Assembly: GCA_963714975.1 (NCBI GenBank)
Contig: CAVQQD010000003.1
Span: forward strand, 480,001-544,000
Source: an uncultured Gammaproteobacteria bacterium
Lineage (GTDB): Bacteria; Pseudomonadota; Gammaproteobacteria; JAURND01
Length of the DNA: 64,000 nt
Reading direction: 5' to 3'
The stretch's first letter is position 1; each line of letters opens with the position of its first letter. Positions 9,687-20,227 of the stretch are shown in pieces. The notes below the pieces were generated by a model, which was not told the DNA's origin, did not search any database, and saw nothing but the letters and a program-made list of their open reading frames with translations. A program made the position numbers and the translations under genes.

Positions 9687-11285
9687 ATGGAAACTGATCG
9701 AAAACTATTTCAATATTTAGAAAAACTAGTCAAGCAAAGCCATGAAGTTTTCTGGATTCGCAATGCTGACTATTCAAAACAACTCTATATTAATCCCGCC
9801 TATGAAACAGTTTGGGGGAGGACTTGCGAAAATTTATACCAAAACCCTGCTGAATTTATCGATACGATTCTTCCCGAAGATAGGCAAAAGCTCGAGGAAG
9901 ACATAGCGAAAAGAAATCCTGAAGTTTCTCCAGGGGATAATTTTTTTACTGCCTATCGAATAGCCCGCCCTGATGGAGAAATTCGTTGGATAGAAGATGA
10001 AAGTTTCGCCATTTTTGATGATGTAGGGCAGCACTTAGGTTTTGCCGGGACTGCGATAGATATTACTGAAAAGAAAAAGAAAGAGATTGAACTTAGCGAG
10101 GCTAAAGAAGTCGCTGAAGCTTCCGATCGGGCTAAGTCCGAGTTTATTCAAAACATGAGCCACGATGTCAAAACGCCGTTGGCGGGCATTACTTCAATGG
10201 CGGATAGGATTGGCAGGCAACTTGAGGAGCCCGAAGACCTCGAAGATAATTATGAGAATGTACAGATGATTAAAAATTCAGTCAGGGAATTGATCGAATT
10301 TTTTATGAATTGTTTAGAGATGGTGCGGATTGAAACCGGAGAGGTGGCGCTAGCCAATGAAAATTTCAATCCCCAAAAAATAATGAATCAGCTCGTCGAG
10401 ATATTGACCCCTTCCATGAAACAGAAAGGCTTAGGATTTAATGTCACTTATGATCACAATATCCCTGAAATGGTTTATGCCAGCGGGCCTGGATTTTATC
10501 GGATTCTTTTAAATTTATTAGGCAACGCGATTAAATTTACCGAAGAAGGGACGATAGCGGTGGACATTCTGTTGCAGAAAAATCCCGAGTCAGATAAGGA
10601 TGATCTTTGTTTAAAAATCCGCGATACCGGTATGGGCATTCCCCAAGAAAAAATCGCGACTATTTTCGAGCGCTTTACGCGCTTGACGCCTTCCTATGAA
10701 GGCAAATTTGAGGGCCATGGGATTGGGCTTTATATTGTGCATAAATTTGTCACCTTGATGGGAGGGAAAATTGATGTGAGCAGCGAACTGGGCAAGGGTA
10801 GTTGCTTCACCATCACCTTTCCTTTTCTACCCGCCAAGGCATTCCTTAAACCGAGAGCAGTCACGCCTAAGTTTACCAAGCTAGCTCCCCTTGGGGATGC
10901 CTCTAGTGAGGGTGAGGAGACTGGTCCGCGTATTTTGCTGGTCGAGGATAATCGGATGGCTCAAAAAGGCGTGGAATCGATACTCACGCATTTAGGGTAT
11001 AAGCTCGATATTGTGGATACAGGTAAGAAAGCCCTAGATATTTTTGAATTGGATAAATATGTGCTGATTATTACCGATATTGGATTAGATGATATGAGTG
11101 GGACGACGGTAGCAGCGCATATTCGTACTGTAGAAAAGGGTCGAAAAAATCCCGTGCCGATTGTGGCTCTGACAGCCCACAATCTTAAAAAAATTGAAGC
11201 AGCGTGTCAGGCAGCAGGCATTAATGGGGTGCTGGAAAAGCCTCTGACTGAGGAACTAGCCAAGGAGGTGCTGGATCTTTTTTGA
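9687..11285 (+). CDS. PAS-domain hybrid sensor histidine kinase/receiver
   Basis: PAS/PAC, H-box MSHDVKTPL, NLLGNAIKFT, DTGMGI, GIGL, receiver ILLVEDN...TDIGL. Confidence 0.93.
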   Translation: METDRKLFQYLEKLVKQSHEVFWIRNADYSKQLYINPAYETVWGRTCENLYQNPAEFIDTILPEDRQKLEEDIAKRNPEVSPGDNFFTAYRIARPDGEIRWIEDESFAIFDDVGQHLGFAGTAIDITEKKKKEIELSEAKEVAEASDRAKSEFIQNMSHDVKTPLAGITSMADRIGRQLEEPEDLEDNYENVQMIKNSVRELIEFFMNCLEMVRIETGEVALANENFNPQKIMNQLVEILTPSMKQKGLGFNVTYDHNIPEMVYASGPGFYRILLNLLGNAIKFTEEGTIAVDILLQKNPESDKDDLCLKIRDTGMGIPQEKIATIFERFTRLTPSYEGKFEGHGIGLYIVHKFVTLMGGKIDVSSELGKGSCFTITFPFLPAKAFLKPRAVTPKFTKLAPLGDASSEGEETGPRILLVEDNRMAQKGVESILTHLGYKLDIVDTGKKALDIFELDKYVLIITDIGLDDMSGTTVAAHIRTVEKGRKNPVPIVALTAHNLKKIEAACQAAGINGVLEKPLTEELAKEVLDLF

Positions 11286-11365
11286 AAAAGTAAAGTTCTA
11301 AGAGGTACGGATGGTGATACGAGGGAGGACCCCAGTTTAGATATGACAATTAAAGGAGGGGGCTT

Positions 11366-14287
11366 GTGTTACACCAAGTGTTTGAAGAAGTTGCTAGAAA
11401 TTATCCTGACAATATTGCTTTACAATTTGAAGATCAAAAACCTTATACCTATAAACAACTCAACGCATTTGCCAATCAGTTAGCACGTGAATTTTTGGCC
11501 CAAGGGATAAAGTTGCAAGAGTTTGTCCCAGTAATGTTGGAGCGTTCGGCGGAACAGGTCGTTGTTTTATTAGCATTATCCAAAATAGGGGCTGTCTATG
11601 TTCCAGTGACGCCAGAACAGCCCACTCGGTTGCAACAAATTTTGACGGATTGTAAACCTTCTCATCTCATTGTAAGCCGTCGTTCCACTTCCTCTCCTCC
11701 TGCGCTGAGTACTATTTGTATGGCTGAGCTAACAGCAGGCATCGCCAAACAACCTGCTAGCAATCTAAACCAAAGAGGACTGCATGAAGATTTAATTTGC
11801 TATGTGGCTGGTTCATCAGGGACTACAGGTAGAACCAAATTCATGCCATTGTGCCATAGAGGTTTGACAGAATATTGGTCACGAAATCTTGCTGTTGAAT
11901 TGCGGCATCAACCCACTCATGTTTTAGCGAATTGTTCTGCAGATTTTGATGCCCATATTTGGGAATATTTGATGGCGTGGGTGTTTGGCGCATTACTACA
12001 AGTTACCGCAGAAGAGACGCGAAAAAATGCGTTAATGCTTGCAGAATTTATCAAGAAGCATCGTATTACTGATATGACCTTAACGCCAGCGGTGTTGCGG
12101 GAATTTAATGATGCACAATTTGCAGCGTTTGCTCGGAGTGGATTAAAAGCGATTTATTCAACTGGCGATGCGTGTACGCGGGAAATTGTCAGCAAGTGTG
12201 AGCGCTATGGTATAAAAATTTATAATTGTTACGGCCCCACTGAAACTACATTTGGCTTGTCCATGCTCCTGTGTAGCGAACGAAATTTTCACCAAAACTT
12301 AGCGCCTATTGCCTTGCCTCCTCCTGATAGTAAGGTAAGCGTTAAAATAGTTGATGACTTGGGTAAGGAAGTTCCAGAAGGTATGCCAGGAGAATTAGTG
12401 ATTATTTCTCCCTATATTTGTGGGGTAAACGCTAAACCTGGCTACTTGAATCAAGAAAGTACGCAGTTTAAAAAACTACCTGGTGGCTTTGTGGCCTATC
12501 ATACGGGTGATAAGTTCGTCAGACAAAACGGATACTTATATTACCAGGGAAGAAACGGTCACCTTTCTAATGTCAAAATACGTGGCCAATTAGTAGATCC
12601 AAAAGGCACGGAGGAAGTATTGCGTGGCTTCCCTAAGATCAAAGATGTCTATGTCACGGTTGAAGCTAATCCTAGCAAAGAATCGGTATTAGTGGCTTAT
12701 ATTGTTGCTGATGGGGTTCCTAGTCTTACCGCATTAAGACAATTTTGTTATACAGCGGGATTATCAACAGCGTCCATTCCTCAATTTCGTTATGTTCAAA
12801 AATTTCCATTGAATAATAGCGGCAAGGTTGATGGAAATGCTTTAGCAGCGTCATTTGTTCCGGTGTTGAGAGAGACCAGTTTAGCTTGTGAAAAACCCAG
12901 CACGCAGTTAGAGCGACGCTTAACAGCCGTGTGGGAAGAGGTGCTGAAAATTGATCCTAAATTTAAAGTTACTATTGGCACCCAAGACCCCTTTGCTTAT
13001 TTAGGTGGCGATTCCATTAAGTTGATGGGGTTGTTGCGCAAAATACAAGAAGTTTTTGGTGTCAATCCTGTGGTTACGCAGATGGGGTCGTTAGAGGAAT
13101 TAACTATCCATAAACTAGCACGCTTAATTAGAGTAGAACTAAGCATAAAAACAGCAAAGAACAGCATAAAGCTATTAAAGGAAGGTGACTTTCAATTACC
13201 ACCCTTGTTTTTATTGTCTCCTATTACAGGAGAATCTTCTGTAACCTATACGGATTTAGCAAAGGAGTTAAAAACAACGCGAAGAATTTATGCTATTAAT
13301 TGTTCTGAACTGGTTTCTTCTGAATTAATGCCTAATTCAATTCCAGAATTAGGCAAGCTTTATCTGGATTTAATTCGGAGAGTCCAACCCCAGGGTAAAT
13401 TGCACATTGCCGGCTGGTCCTCAGGCGGATTGCTTGCTGCTGAAGTTGCAGCACAAGAGGGTTCTTGTTTTTTAGCGATTATTGACGAAATATGTCCGAC
13501 GATTGGCATGGCAACTAAGACCAACCAAGCATTTTCTCAAGAGTTATTACAGCTGATGGATTATTTTAGCGAATTGTATGATTTTTCACTGGACGTAGAT
13601 CGGGCTAAGTTAGCAACGCTAACCAAGGAACAACAAATTCAGCATGTCTTTAGTAAGATTCCAGAGCAAGATGAAACCCGTAGGTTATTATTACTCTATG
13701 TGAAGAAATTTTTGCTGATGAGTTTAACTTATCAGCCAACGGAAATTACTAAGGCAGATACGGTTGTTTTTAGCTCGCTATCCTCACGAAATAGTACCAC
13801 TTCAAAGACATTAGGCTGGGAAAAATTAATTAAGCAAGCTCGTTATATCGATTTAGATGGCAATCATTTTAATATTATAGAAAAACCCCAACAATTAACT
13901 GCGCAATTACAACCTTTCTTGCAATCTATTGACGCTTTTAAACGGGAGGTTCAACAACGATTATATGTGATTCAAGTGAAATCTTCTGTACTTGAAGAAA
14001 GTAAAGCAAACCTCATTATGAGGAAAGTAACCGTGGAATTAACCCCGCTCTTGCGTAAATTGGAAGAGTTGGGCGAGGGTGAAGATCGCTTATTAAAAGA
14101 AAAAATTAGCGTAAAATTGGTTGAAATTGAAAAAATTCTATCCCAAAATTTGCTCCATCCCGTGCAAAAACAAGGGTTTTTCAAGGTAGCATTTCCTAAT
14201 AATGATTCGGATAAAAGGTTTATCCCTGCACCACAGAAGTTTATCCCAACACCACGGACTCCCACGGGTTTACAATCGAAATTGTAA
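11366..14287 (+). CDS. Monomodular NRPS-like protein (adenylation-thiolation-thioesterase) with C-terminal extension
   Basis: A-domain motifs TYKQL, SSGTTGRTK, NCYGPTE, YHTGD, VKIRG, PLNNSGKVD; PCP LGGDSI; TE GWSSGG. Confidence 0.88.
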   Translation: MLHQVFEEVARNYPDNIALQFEDQKPYTYKQLNAFANQLAREFLAQGIKLQEFVPVMLERSAEQVVVLLALSKIGAVYVPVTPEQPTRLQQILTDCKPSHLIVSRRSTSSPPALSTICMAELTAGIAKQPASNLNQRGLHEDLICYVAGSSGTTGRTKFMPLCHRGLTEYWSRNLAVELRHQPTHVLANCSADFDAHIWEYLMAWVFGALLQVTAEETRKNALMLAEFIKKHRITDMTLTPAVLREFNDAQFAAFARSGLKAIYSTGDACTREIVSKCERYGIKIYNCYGPTETTFGLSMLLCSERNFHQNLAPIALPPPDSKVSVKIVDDLGKEVPEGMPGELVIISPYICGVNAKPGYLNQESTQFKKLPGGFVAYHTGDKFVRQNGYLYYQGRNGHLSNVKIRGQLVDPKGTEEVLRGFPKIKDVYVTVEANPSKESVLVAYIVADGVPSLTALRQFCYTAGLSTASIPQFRYVQKFPLNNSGKVDGNALAASFVPVLRETSLACEKPSTQLERRLTAVWEEVLKIDPKFKVTIGTQDPFAYLGGDSIKLMGLLRKIQEVFGVNPVVTQMGSLEELTIHKLARLIRVELSIKTAKNSIKLLKEGDFQLPPLFLLSPITGESSVTYTDLAKELKTTRRIYAINCSELVSSELMPNSIPELGKLYLDLIRRVQPQGKLHIAGWSSGGLLAAEVAAQEGSCFLAIIDEICPTIGMATKTNQAFSQELLQLMDYFSELYDFSLDVDRAKLATLTKEQQIQHVFSKIPEQDETRRLLLLYVKKFLLMSLTYQPTEITKADTVVFSSLSSRNSTTSKTLGWEKLIKQARYIDLDGNHFNIIEKPQQLTAQLQPFLQSIDAFKREVQQRLYVIQVKSSVLEESKANLIMRKVTVELTPLLRKLEELGEGEDRLLKEKISVKLVEIEKILSQNLLHPVQKQGFFKVAFPNNDSDKRFIPAPQKFIPTPRTPTGLQSKL

Positions 14288-14319
14288 GGGCAGAAATCCT
14301 TTCTGCAGAAAACCGCTGT

Positions 14320-14368
14320 CTACGTCGTCCCGCTCCCGCGACTTGATCGCGGGAGCGAGACGACGTAG
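14320..14368. repeat. Palindromic hairpin downstream of the NRPS (REP-like/terminator)
   Basis: CTACGTCGTCCCGCTCCCGCGA-cttga-TCGCGGGAGCGAGACGACGTAG. Confidence 0.7.
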
Positions 14369-14640
14369 GGGCTAATTGACGAGCGCAATTTTTCGTCAGC
14401 ACTTTGGGCTTAAGCAAGGTGTTGTATTAAATTTTCCCAGGAAATTTCATGAAACATACTATGTCAGACTCAGTTAACTTTTGTGCACGGCCGTGCACAA
14501 AAGTTTAAATTGAACTGAGGCTGGACATGAATAAAGAAATTTCTTTAACGGACTACCAAGAAGTAGTTAAAAAAGCTACCAAAGTTATTTTGACTGTTCA
14601 AGAACATTTTCTAAGACAAAGCAATCAAACTAGTATTATT

Positions 14641-14785
14641 CCAGCAATTCCCGCTGATGCCCTGATCCCTGACGGGTCCTGCCGCTGCGGCACCCCACCG
14701 TGCTCGTTCCTGCGCGCGTTGGGGTGCCCCGCAGCCGGCGGCAGGAGACCCGGTCGGGGATCAGGGCATCAGCGGGAATTGCTGG
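14641..14785. repeat. 145-bp palindromic repeat, same family as the IS110 target
   Basis: 29-bp perfect arms CCAGCAATTCCCGCTGATGCCCTGATCCC; core shared with 41728-41850. Confidence 0.9.
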
Positions 14786-14839
14786 CCCGAGGCGGCACTT
14801 ATGTACATCATTTCCAGCAAATGCTAACCTTGCGCCACT

Positions 14840-16705
14840 ATGAATTTTACGCAAACATTTGATGTCATTGTTATTGGCGGTGGGCACGCGGGTACTGAAG
14901 CAGCTTTGGCGGCAGCGCGGATGGGGGCGCACACTTTATTATTAACTCATAATATTGAGACCTTGGGGCAGATGTCTTGCAATCCCGCTATAGGGGGGAT
15001 TGGCAAGGGACATTTGGTCAAGGAGATTGATGCCCTCGGGGGTGTCATGGCGCAAGCTGCTGATTTGGCCGGAATACAATTTCGGATTCTGAATGCGAGT
15101 AAAGGTCCAGCAGTGCGTGCTACCCGTGCCCAGGCTGATCGGGCCTTATATAAACAAGCCATCCGTCGCTTATTGGAAAATCAGCCGAATCTTTCACTCT
15201 TTCAACAAGCAGTGGATGATTTACTCATTGAGCAAAATCAGGTGACTGGCGTAGTCACGCAACTGGGCTTGGTATTCCGGTCGCGAACGGTGGTGCTAAC
15301 GGCTGGCACTTTCCTAGCTGGCCATATTCATGTCGGTGATCGCCATTATCAAGGAGGTCGGGCCGGTGATCCGCCTGCTAATAGCTTAGCACAACGCTTA
15401 CGTGAATTACCTTTTCGGGTGGATCGATTAAAAACCGGCACACCGCCTCGCATTGATATACGCAGCATTGATCTGTCGCAAATGCAGGAACAACCGGGTG
15501 ATTTGCCTACGCCGGTGTTTTCTTTTTTGGGCAATGAGCAACAACATCCTGAGCAAGTTTCTTGCTATATTACTCACACCTGTGTGCAAACTCATGACAT
15601 TATTCGCAGCAGCTTGGATCGTTCGCCCTTATATACCGGACAAATTGTGGGCATCGGCCCGCGATATTGCCCGTCGATTGAAGACAAAGTGATGCGATTT
15701 GCTGAGAAGCTATCGCATCAAATTTTTGTGGAGCCCGAGGGTTTGACGACTCAAGAGGTTTACCCGAATGGCATCTCCACCAGTCTCCCCTTTGATGTCC
15801 AACTAGCCTTTGTTCGCAGCATTAAGGGATTTGCCAATGCCCATATTACCCGTCCCGGCTATGCAATCGAATATGATTTTTTTGATCCTCGTGATTTGAC
15901 CCCTTGGTTGGAAACGAAATGGATTAGCAATTTATTTTTTGCGGGACAAATTAATGGTACCACCGGTTATGAAGAAGCGGCGGCCCAAGGTTTAATTGCT
16001 GGCCTGAATGCTGCTTTGCGGGTCCAAGAGCGCGAGCCTTGGTACCCACGGCGAGATCAGGCCTATCTGGGTGTTTTGATTGACGATTTGATTACCAGTG
16101 GGACCAAAGAGCCGTATCGCATGTTTACCAGCCGTGCGGAGTTTCGTTTAAGCTTGCGGGAAGACAATGCCGATTTACGCTTAACTGAAATTGGCTATCG
16201 TTTAGGTTTGGTCGATGAGCGGCGTTGGCAAGCATTTTCAGCCAAGCAAGAAGCGATTGTCCGCGAACAACAACGGTTGCAAGCCCTGTGGATTCGTCCC
16301 GGTACGACAGAGGCAGCGCATTTGGCTACGCAAACGGGCCAACTACTTGAGCGCGAATGTCGCGCCTTGGAGCTATTGCGACGGCCTGAAATTGATTATG
16401 CATTGCTTTGGCAGTTGGATAGTGTTAAGGACGAAGAATTATCGCCGCAGGTTGCTCAGCAGGTGGAAATTCAGGCCAAATATGCCGGCTATATTCAAAG
16501 ACAGGCAGCGGAAATTGATCGTCAACGGCGTCATGAAGAAACCCGCTTACCCGCGGACATAGATTATGGAAAGATCCCCGGCTTATCCACAGAAGTACGG
16601 CAAAAATTACAAGCAGTTCGTCCTCTGACCCTAGGACAAGCGGCGAGAATTCCTGGTATTACCCCAGCGGCCATTTCTATTTTGTTGGTATACATGAAAA
16701 GATAA
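14840..16705 (+). CDS. mnmG: tRNA uridine-5-carboxymethylaminomethyl(34) synthesis enzyme
   Basis: [57 protein letters not shown]. Confidence 0.98.
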   Translation: MNFTQTFDVIVIGGGHAGTEAALAAARMGAHTLLLTHNIETLGQMSCNPAIGGIGKGHLVKEIDALGGVMAQAADLAGIQFRILNASKGPAVRATRAQADRALYKQAIRRLLENQPNLSLFQQAVDDLLIEQNQVTGVVTQLGLVFRSRTVVLTAGTFLAGHIHVGDRHYQGGRAGDPPANSLAQRLRELPFRVDRLKTGTPPRIDIRSIDLSQMQEQPGDLPTPVFSFLGNEQQHPEQVSCYITHTCVQTHDIIRSSLDRSPLYTGQIVGIGPRYCPSIEDKVMRFAEKLSHQIFVEPEGLTTQEVYPNGISTSLPFDVQLAFVRSIKGFANAHITRPGYAIEYDFFDPRDLTPWLETKWISNLFFAGQINGTTGYEEAAAQGLIAGLNAALRVQEREPWYPRRDQAYLGVLIDDLITSGTKEPYRMFTSRAEFRLSLREDNADLRLTEIGYRLGLVDERRWQAFSAKQEAIVREQQRLQALWIRPGTTEAAHLATQTGQLLERECRALELLRRPEIDYALLWQLDSVKDEELSPQVAQQVEIQAKYAGYIQRQAAEIDRQRRHEETRLPADIDYGKIPGLSTEVRQKLQAVRPLTLGQAARIPGITPAAISILLVYMKR

Positions 16706-16725
16706 AAGGGTGACTCCCCAGGTGT

Positions 16726-16901
16726 TATACCCATTGCACTTCAAGATGCTGTCTTTTTAGCATCTTGAAGTGCGGCAAGGCGATGGGAGATTCTTAAGAG
16801 GGAAAATCGCCATTTTCCCTCTTAAGTGGCTGTTGCAAGCTTTGCTTGCGACAGTCATATTTAAAAAATTATACCCAGCGCCTTCAAAGGCGATGGGTAT
16901 A
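16726..16901. repeat. ERIC-like TA-bounded palindromic element with nested hairpins
   Basis: TATACCCAT...ATGGGTATA ends; internal hairpins GCACTTCAAGATGCT/AGCATCTTGAAGTGC and CTTAAGAGGGAAAAT/ATTTTCCCTCTTAAG. Confidence 0.65.
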
Positions 16902-16921
16902 TCCCGAGCGAACGTTCAGTG

Positions 16922-18109
16922 CTATCTGGTTTTTGCACCCACATTTAACTCTATCATGCTGTTTAAATCGGTGTTAAATTGTCTGAGGGATTCATTGCCC
17001 ACCTGCGTATCTTGAAAAACTGTACTGAGCCCAGCAAAATCGGTAATGATAGGAAGTAACGGATTGATACTATTGGAGAGTGTTTTATCTTCCAAGTAAG
17101 CATCCTGAGCGCGCAATAATGTTAGAAGGGCAATGGCACATTGAAACCTAGGGGTATAAGGATCGCATTTATTTAAACTTTCTAATACCTCTTGCTCTGT
17201 GCCTTTATTCAATGTATCACAGGTGCTAAGAAGAGAATACTCAGAAAAAATTCCATACTTTACAACAGCTTCAAATTGATGCCGATTTTTTTTACTTGGA
17301 ACGATTAATGCCAAAGGCCTCGCGTAACAATCACCACTAATAACTTTATAACCTGGAAAGGGAACGTTAACATAGAATGTACTAGGAAATAACCCAAAAA
17401 TTTCGGAATATTCAGTAGGATTAACTGCATTCGCTTCCTTCCATTCCTTAGGAATTCGTCTTAAAATGAATTTTTGCTCACAATCCTCTGAGTTTAATTG
17501 TTCAATGAGAGCAGACACTTTATGATCTTTTAATGGAATTGTTTGTAAACAAAATTCTTGATACCTAGCAATTAAAGCTTTTTCATGGATTTTCATGTTT
17601 GTATCATTATAGTAACCATTGTTGAGATCTAAGGGGATATTTGGAACAGGTTCAATGGCTACAACCTGTAATTCTCCGATTCTATTTAGCAATACCCTGC
17701 CTCGATGTTTTGTATATATATGGACAAGGTAAATCACTGGAGAAAAAACCACGGTTAATATTGCAGCCGGGATATACAATAGCATGCATTTGAAAAAAAG
17801 CTCCAAAGCTTGACCAAGTTTAGGGAGCAATTTGCTTACCAGTTTTGATAGTCCTAGAACAATGCACAAAACCAGGGATAAAAGAATTTCTAGAATACCG
17901 TACATAGGAGGAGGCGGAACAGGAAAAATTTTTTGAAGCTTGTATCCCATAGAAGTAGGTGCAAGATAAAGAATTTCAGTAAATTGCTTATCAAAGCCGC
18001 TAAAAAAGAAAAAACAATTTTTCAAGCGATTAGAGAACAATCGACGATAAAATGATCTGTGACTAGTTAACGGGTTGAAAATAACAAAAGGATGATGGCG
18101 CAATTGCAT
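16922..18109 (-). CDS. Hypothetical membrane-anchored protein, paralog 1
   Basis: 395-aa ORF with long identical blocks shared with 18345-19499. Confidence 0.8.
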   Translation of the reverse strand: MQLRHHPFVIFNPLTSHRSFYRRLFSNRLKNCFFFFSGFDKQFTEILYLAPTSMGYKLQKIFPVPPPPMYGILEILLSLVLCIVLGLSKLVSKLLPKLGQALELFFKCMLLYIPAAILTVVFSPVIYLVHIYTKHRGRVLLNRIGELQVVAIEPVPNIPLDLNNGYYNDTNMKIHEKALIARYQEFCLQTIPLKDHKVSALIEQLNSEDCEQKFILRRIPKEWKEANAVNPTEYSEIFGLFPSTFYVNVPFPGYKVISGDCYARPLALIVPSKKNRHQFEAVVKYGIFSEYSLLSTCDTLNKGTEQEVLESLNKCDPYTPRFQCAIALLTLLRAQDAYLEDKTLSNSINPLLPIITDFAGLSTVFQDTQVGNESLRQFNTDLNSMIELNVGAKTR

Positions 18110-18149
18110 AGTTGTTTCTCCAGGAAATAGCGCATAGATTGATACTCTG

Positions 18150-18322
18150 CTAGTACATTAACTGAATGCTAACTTTAGCCTTCTTAGCAAGGATTATCTC
18201 ATGAGAAATCAACCCAGAGCAATTGCAGGAAATATTAATCTGGTTGCAGACTATAGCGGGCGAGAATTCCTGGTATTATCCCAGCGGCCATTTCTATTTT
18301 GTTGGTGTATATGAAAAGATGA
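18150..18322 (+). pseudogene. Duplication scar: copy of the rsmG upstream/5' end fused to a copy of the mnmG 3' end
   Basis: 18150-18238 resembles 19530-19622; 18259-18322 resembles 16642-16705. Confidence 0.85.
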
Positions 18323-18344
18323 AAAAATAGATAGAATTTTTCAT

Positions 18345-19499
18345 TTAATGGAATTTTTGTTCCTGTAACTGAATCGTCCTGTCTAAGTTGTTATTAAATT
18401 GTCTAAGGGATTCATTGGCCTGCTCGTCAGTACCTTGTTGATTATGAACTGTAGAGAACCCAGCAAAATCGGTAATAAAAGGAAGCAATGGATTGATATT
18501 GTTGCGTATTGTACTATCCTCCAAGGAAGTATCCCGAGCACGCAATAAAGTGAGAAGGGCACCTTGAAGCTTAGGAATATAAGGATCAGAATGATTTAAA
18601 CTCTGTAAGACATCCTGCTCTGCATGTTCATTCAATATCTCCTGGCTCGTAGAATGAGTACGAGTATAATTAGAAAAAATGCCATAGTTTAGAACAGCTT
18701 CAAATTCATGCCGATTTTTTTTACTCGGAACAACTAAAGCCAAAGGCCTGGCATAACCAGCATTAGAAGTTGTATAACCTGGAATAAGGTTTTGGAAGTA
18801 CTGGTAATATTCACCAGGAAATAACCCAAAAATCTCGGAATATTCGGTCTGATTATCTTCATCATCCCCTTCCTTCCTTTCCTTAGGAATTCGCTTTAAA
18901 ACAAATTTTTCCTCAAAATCATCTGAGTCTAAGTGTTCAACGAGAGCAGTTGTTCTATGATCTTTTAATGGAATTGTTTGTAAACAAAATTCTTGATACC
19001 TATGAATTAATTCTTTTTCATAAGGCTGTAGGCTTGCGTTATCAGCGGACCCAAAGTGGTTCTCTATATGTGAATCGGGTTCCATGGGTACTACCTGTAA
19101 TTCTCTAATCCTATTAATCAATATCCGGCCTCGATATTGTGTCAATTTATGAACAAGGTAAATCACTGGAGAAAAAACCACGGTTAATATTGCAGCCGGG
19201 ATGTACAATAGCATGCATTTGAAAAAAAACTCCATGGCCTTACCAATCCTAGGGAACAATCTTCTTATCAGTTTTGATAGTCCTAGAACAAGGTACAAAA
19301 CGGGGAATAAAAGAATTTCTAGAATGCCATATATAGGGCCTACAGTAAATTTATAAAAACCACCTTCCTTGAGACCGCTCAAAAAAACAAAACTATTCCT
19401 CAAGCGATTGAAGAATGTCCTACGATAAAATGATCGTGCATTAGATGACGAGGTAAAAACGGAAAAAGGATGACCTCGCAATGCCATAATTGTCTCCAA
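18345..19499 (-). CDS. Hypothetical membrane-anchored protein, paralog 2
   Basis: 384-aa ORF; shares FFKCMLLYIPAAILTVVFSPVIYLVH, RYQEFCLQTIPLKDH and TEYSEIFGLFP with paralog 1. Confidence 0.8.
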   Translation of the reverse strand: METIMALRGHPFSVFTSSSNARSFYRRTFFNRLRNSFVFLSGLKEGGFYKFTVGPIYGILEILLFPVLYLVLGLSKLIRRLFPRIGKAMEFFFKCMLLYIPAAILTVVFSPVIYLVHKLTQYRGRILINRIRELQVVPMEPDSHIENHFGSADNASLQPYEKELIHRYQEFCLQTIPLKDHRTTALVEHLDSDDFEEKFVLKRIPKERKEGDDEDNQTEYSEIFGLFPGEYYQYFQNLIPGYTTSNAGYARPLALVVPSKKNRHEFEAVLNYGIFSNYTRTHSTSQEILNEHAEQDVLQSLNHSDPYIPKLQGALLTLLRARDTSLEDSTIRNNINPLLPFITDFAGFSTVHNQQGTDEQANESLRQFNNNLDRTIQLQEQKFH

Positions 19500-19579
19500 A
19501 AAATAGAGCCTTGATTGAGAAACTCTATCCTAGTACATTAACTGCGTTTTAACCTATGTCCTATGGCAAGGATTATCTC

Positions 19580-20227
19580 ATGAGAACTCAGCTTTTAAAA
19601 GAGCAATTGCGGGAGATATTAACCCAGTTACATATAAAATCCTCGATATCTGAGAGCGTTCAGGAGCAAATTCTTGATTATCTTGCTTTATTGACTCAGT
19701 GGAATCAAACTTATAATTTAACGGCGGTGCGTGATCCCAAAGCCATGCTGGTTAGACATATTGCGGATAGCTTGGCAGTGATTCCTTACCTGAAGCAATA
19801 CCATACCGCTGGGCATCGTTTCTTGGATGTGGGTTCTGGCGCTGGCTTACCCGGTATACCCCTGGCCCTGGCTTTGCCAGATTGGCAATGGACATTATTG
19901 GATAGTCATGGTAAAAAAACCCGATTTTTAATTCACGTCAAAGCGGCTTTAGATTTAAAAAATGTGGAGGTCATCCAACAGCGAGTAGAAACGTTCCGGC
20001 CAACTGCCTGCTTTCAAGGCGTAATTGCTCGAGCCTGGGCAGCGTTGGATGTGATGTTGGCAAAGACCAGGCATTTATATTGTCCAGATGGCCGATTGTG
20101 GGCGATGAAGGGAGCTGTTCCGCAGGATGAATTGCAAGATTTGCAGTATCCTTTCACGGTGTATTCTCTCCAGGTACCGGGTTTAAATGAGCAGCGACAT
20201 TTAGTGAGCATCACATGCATAAGATAA
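19580..20227 (+). CDS. rsmG: 16S rRNA m7G527 methyltransferase
   Basis: WNQTYNLTA, HIADSL, LDVGSGAGLPGIPLA; mnmG-rsmG-parA context. Confidence 0.95.
   Translation: MRTQLLKEQLREILTQLHIKSSISESVQEQILDYLALLTQWNQTYNLTAVRDPKAMLVRHIADSLAVIPYLKQYHTAGHRFLDVGSGAGLPGIPLALALPDWQWTLLDSHGKKTRFLIHVKAALDLKNVEVIQQRVETFRPTACFQGVIARAWAALDVMLAKTRHLYCPDGRLWAMKGAVPQDELQDLQYPFTVYSLQVPGLNEQRHLVSITCIR

Noticed and set aside
14527-14932. ORFs 14527-14862, 14636-14932 and 32536-32783 as genes sharing the peptide AIPA(D/E)AL
   Set aside because: The shared peptide is only the translation of the palindromic repeat.
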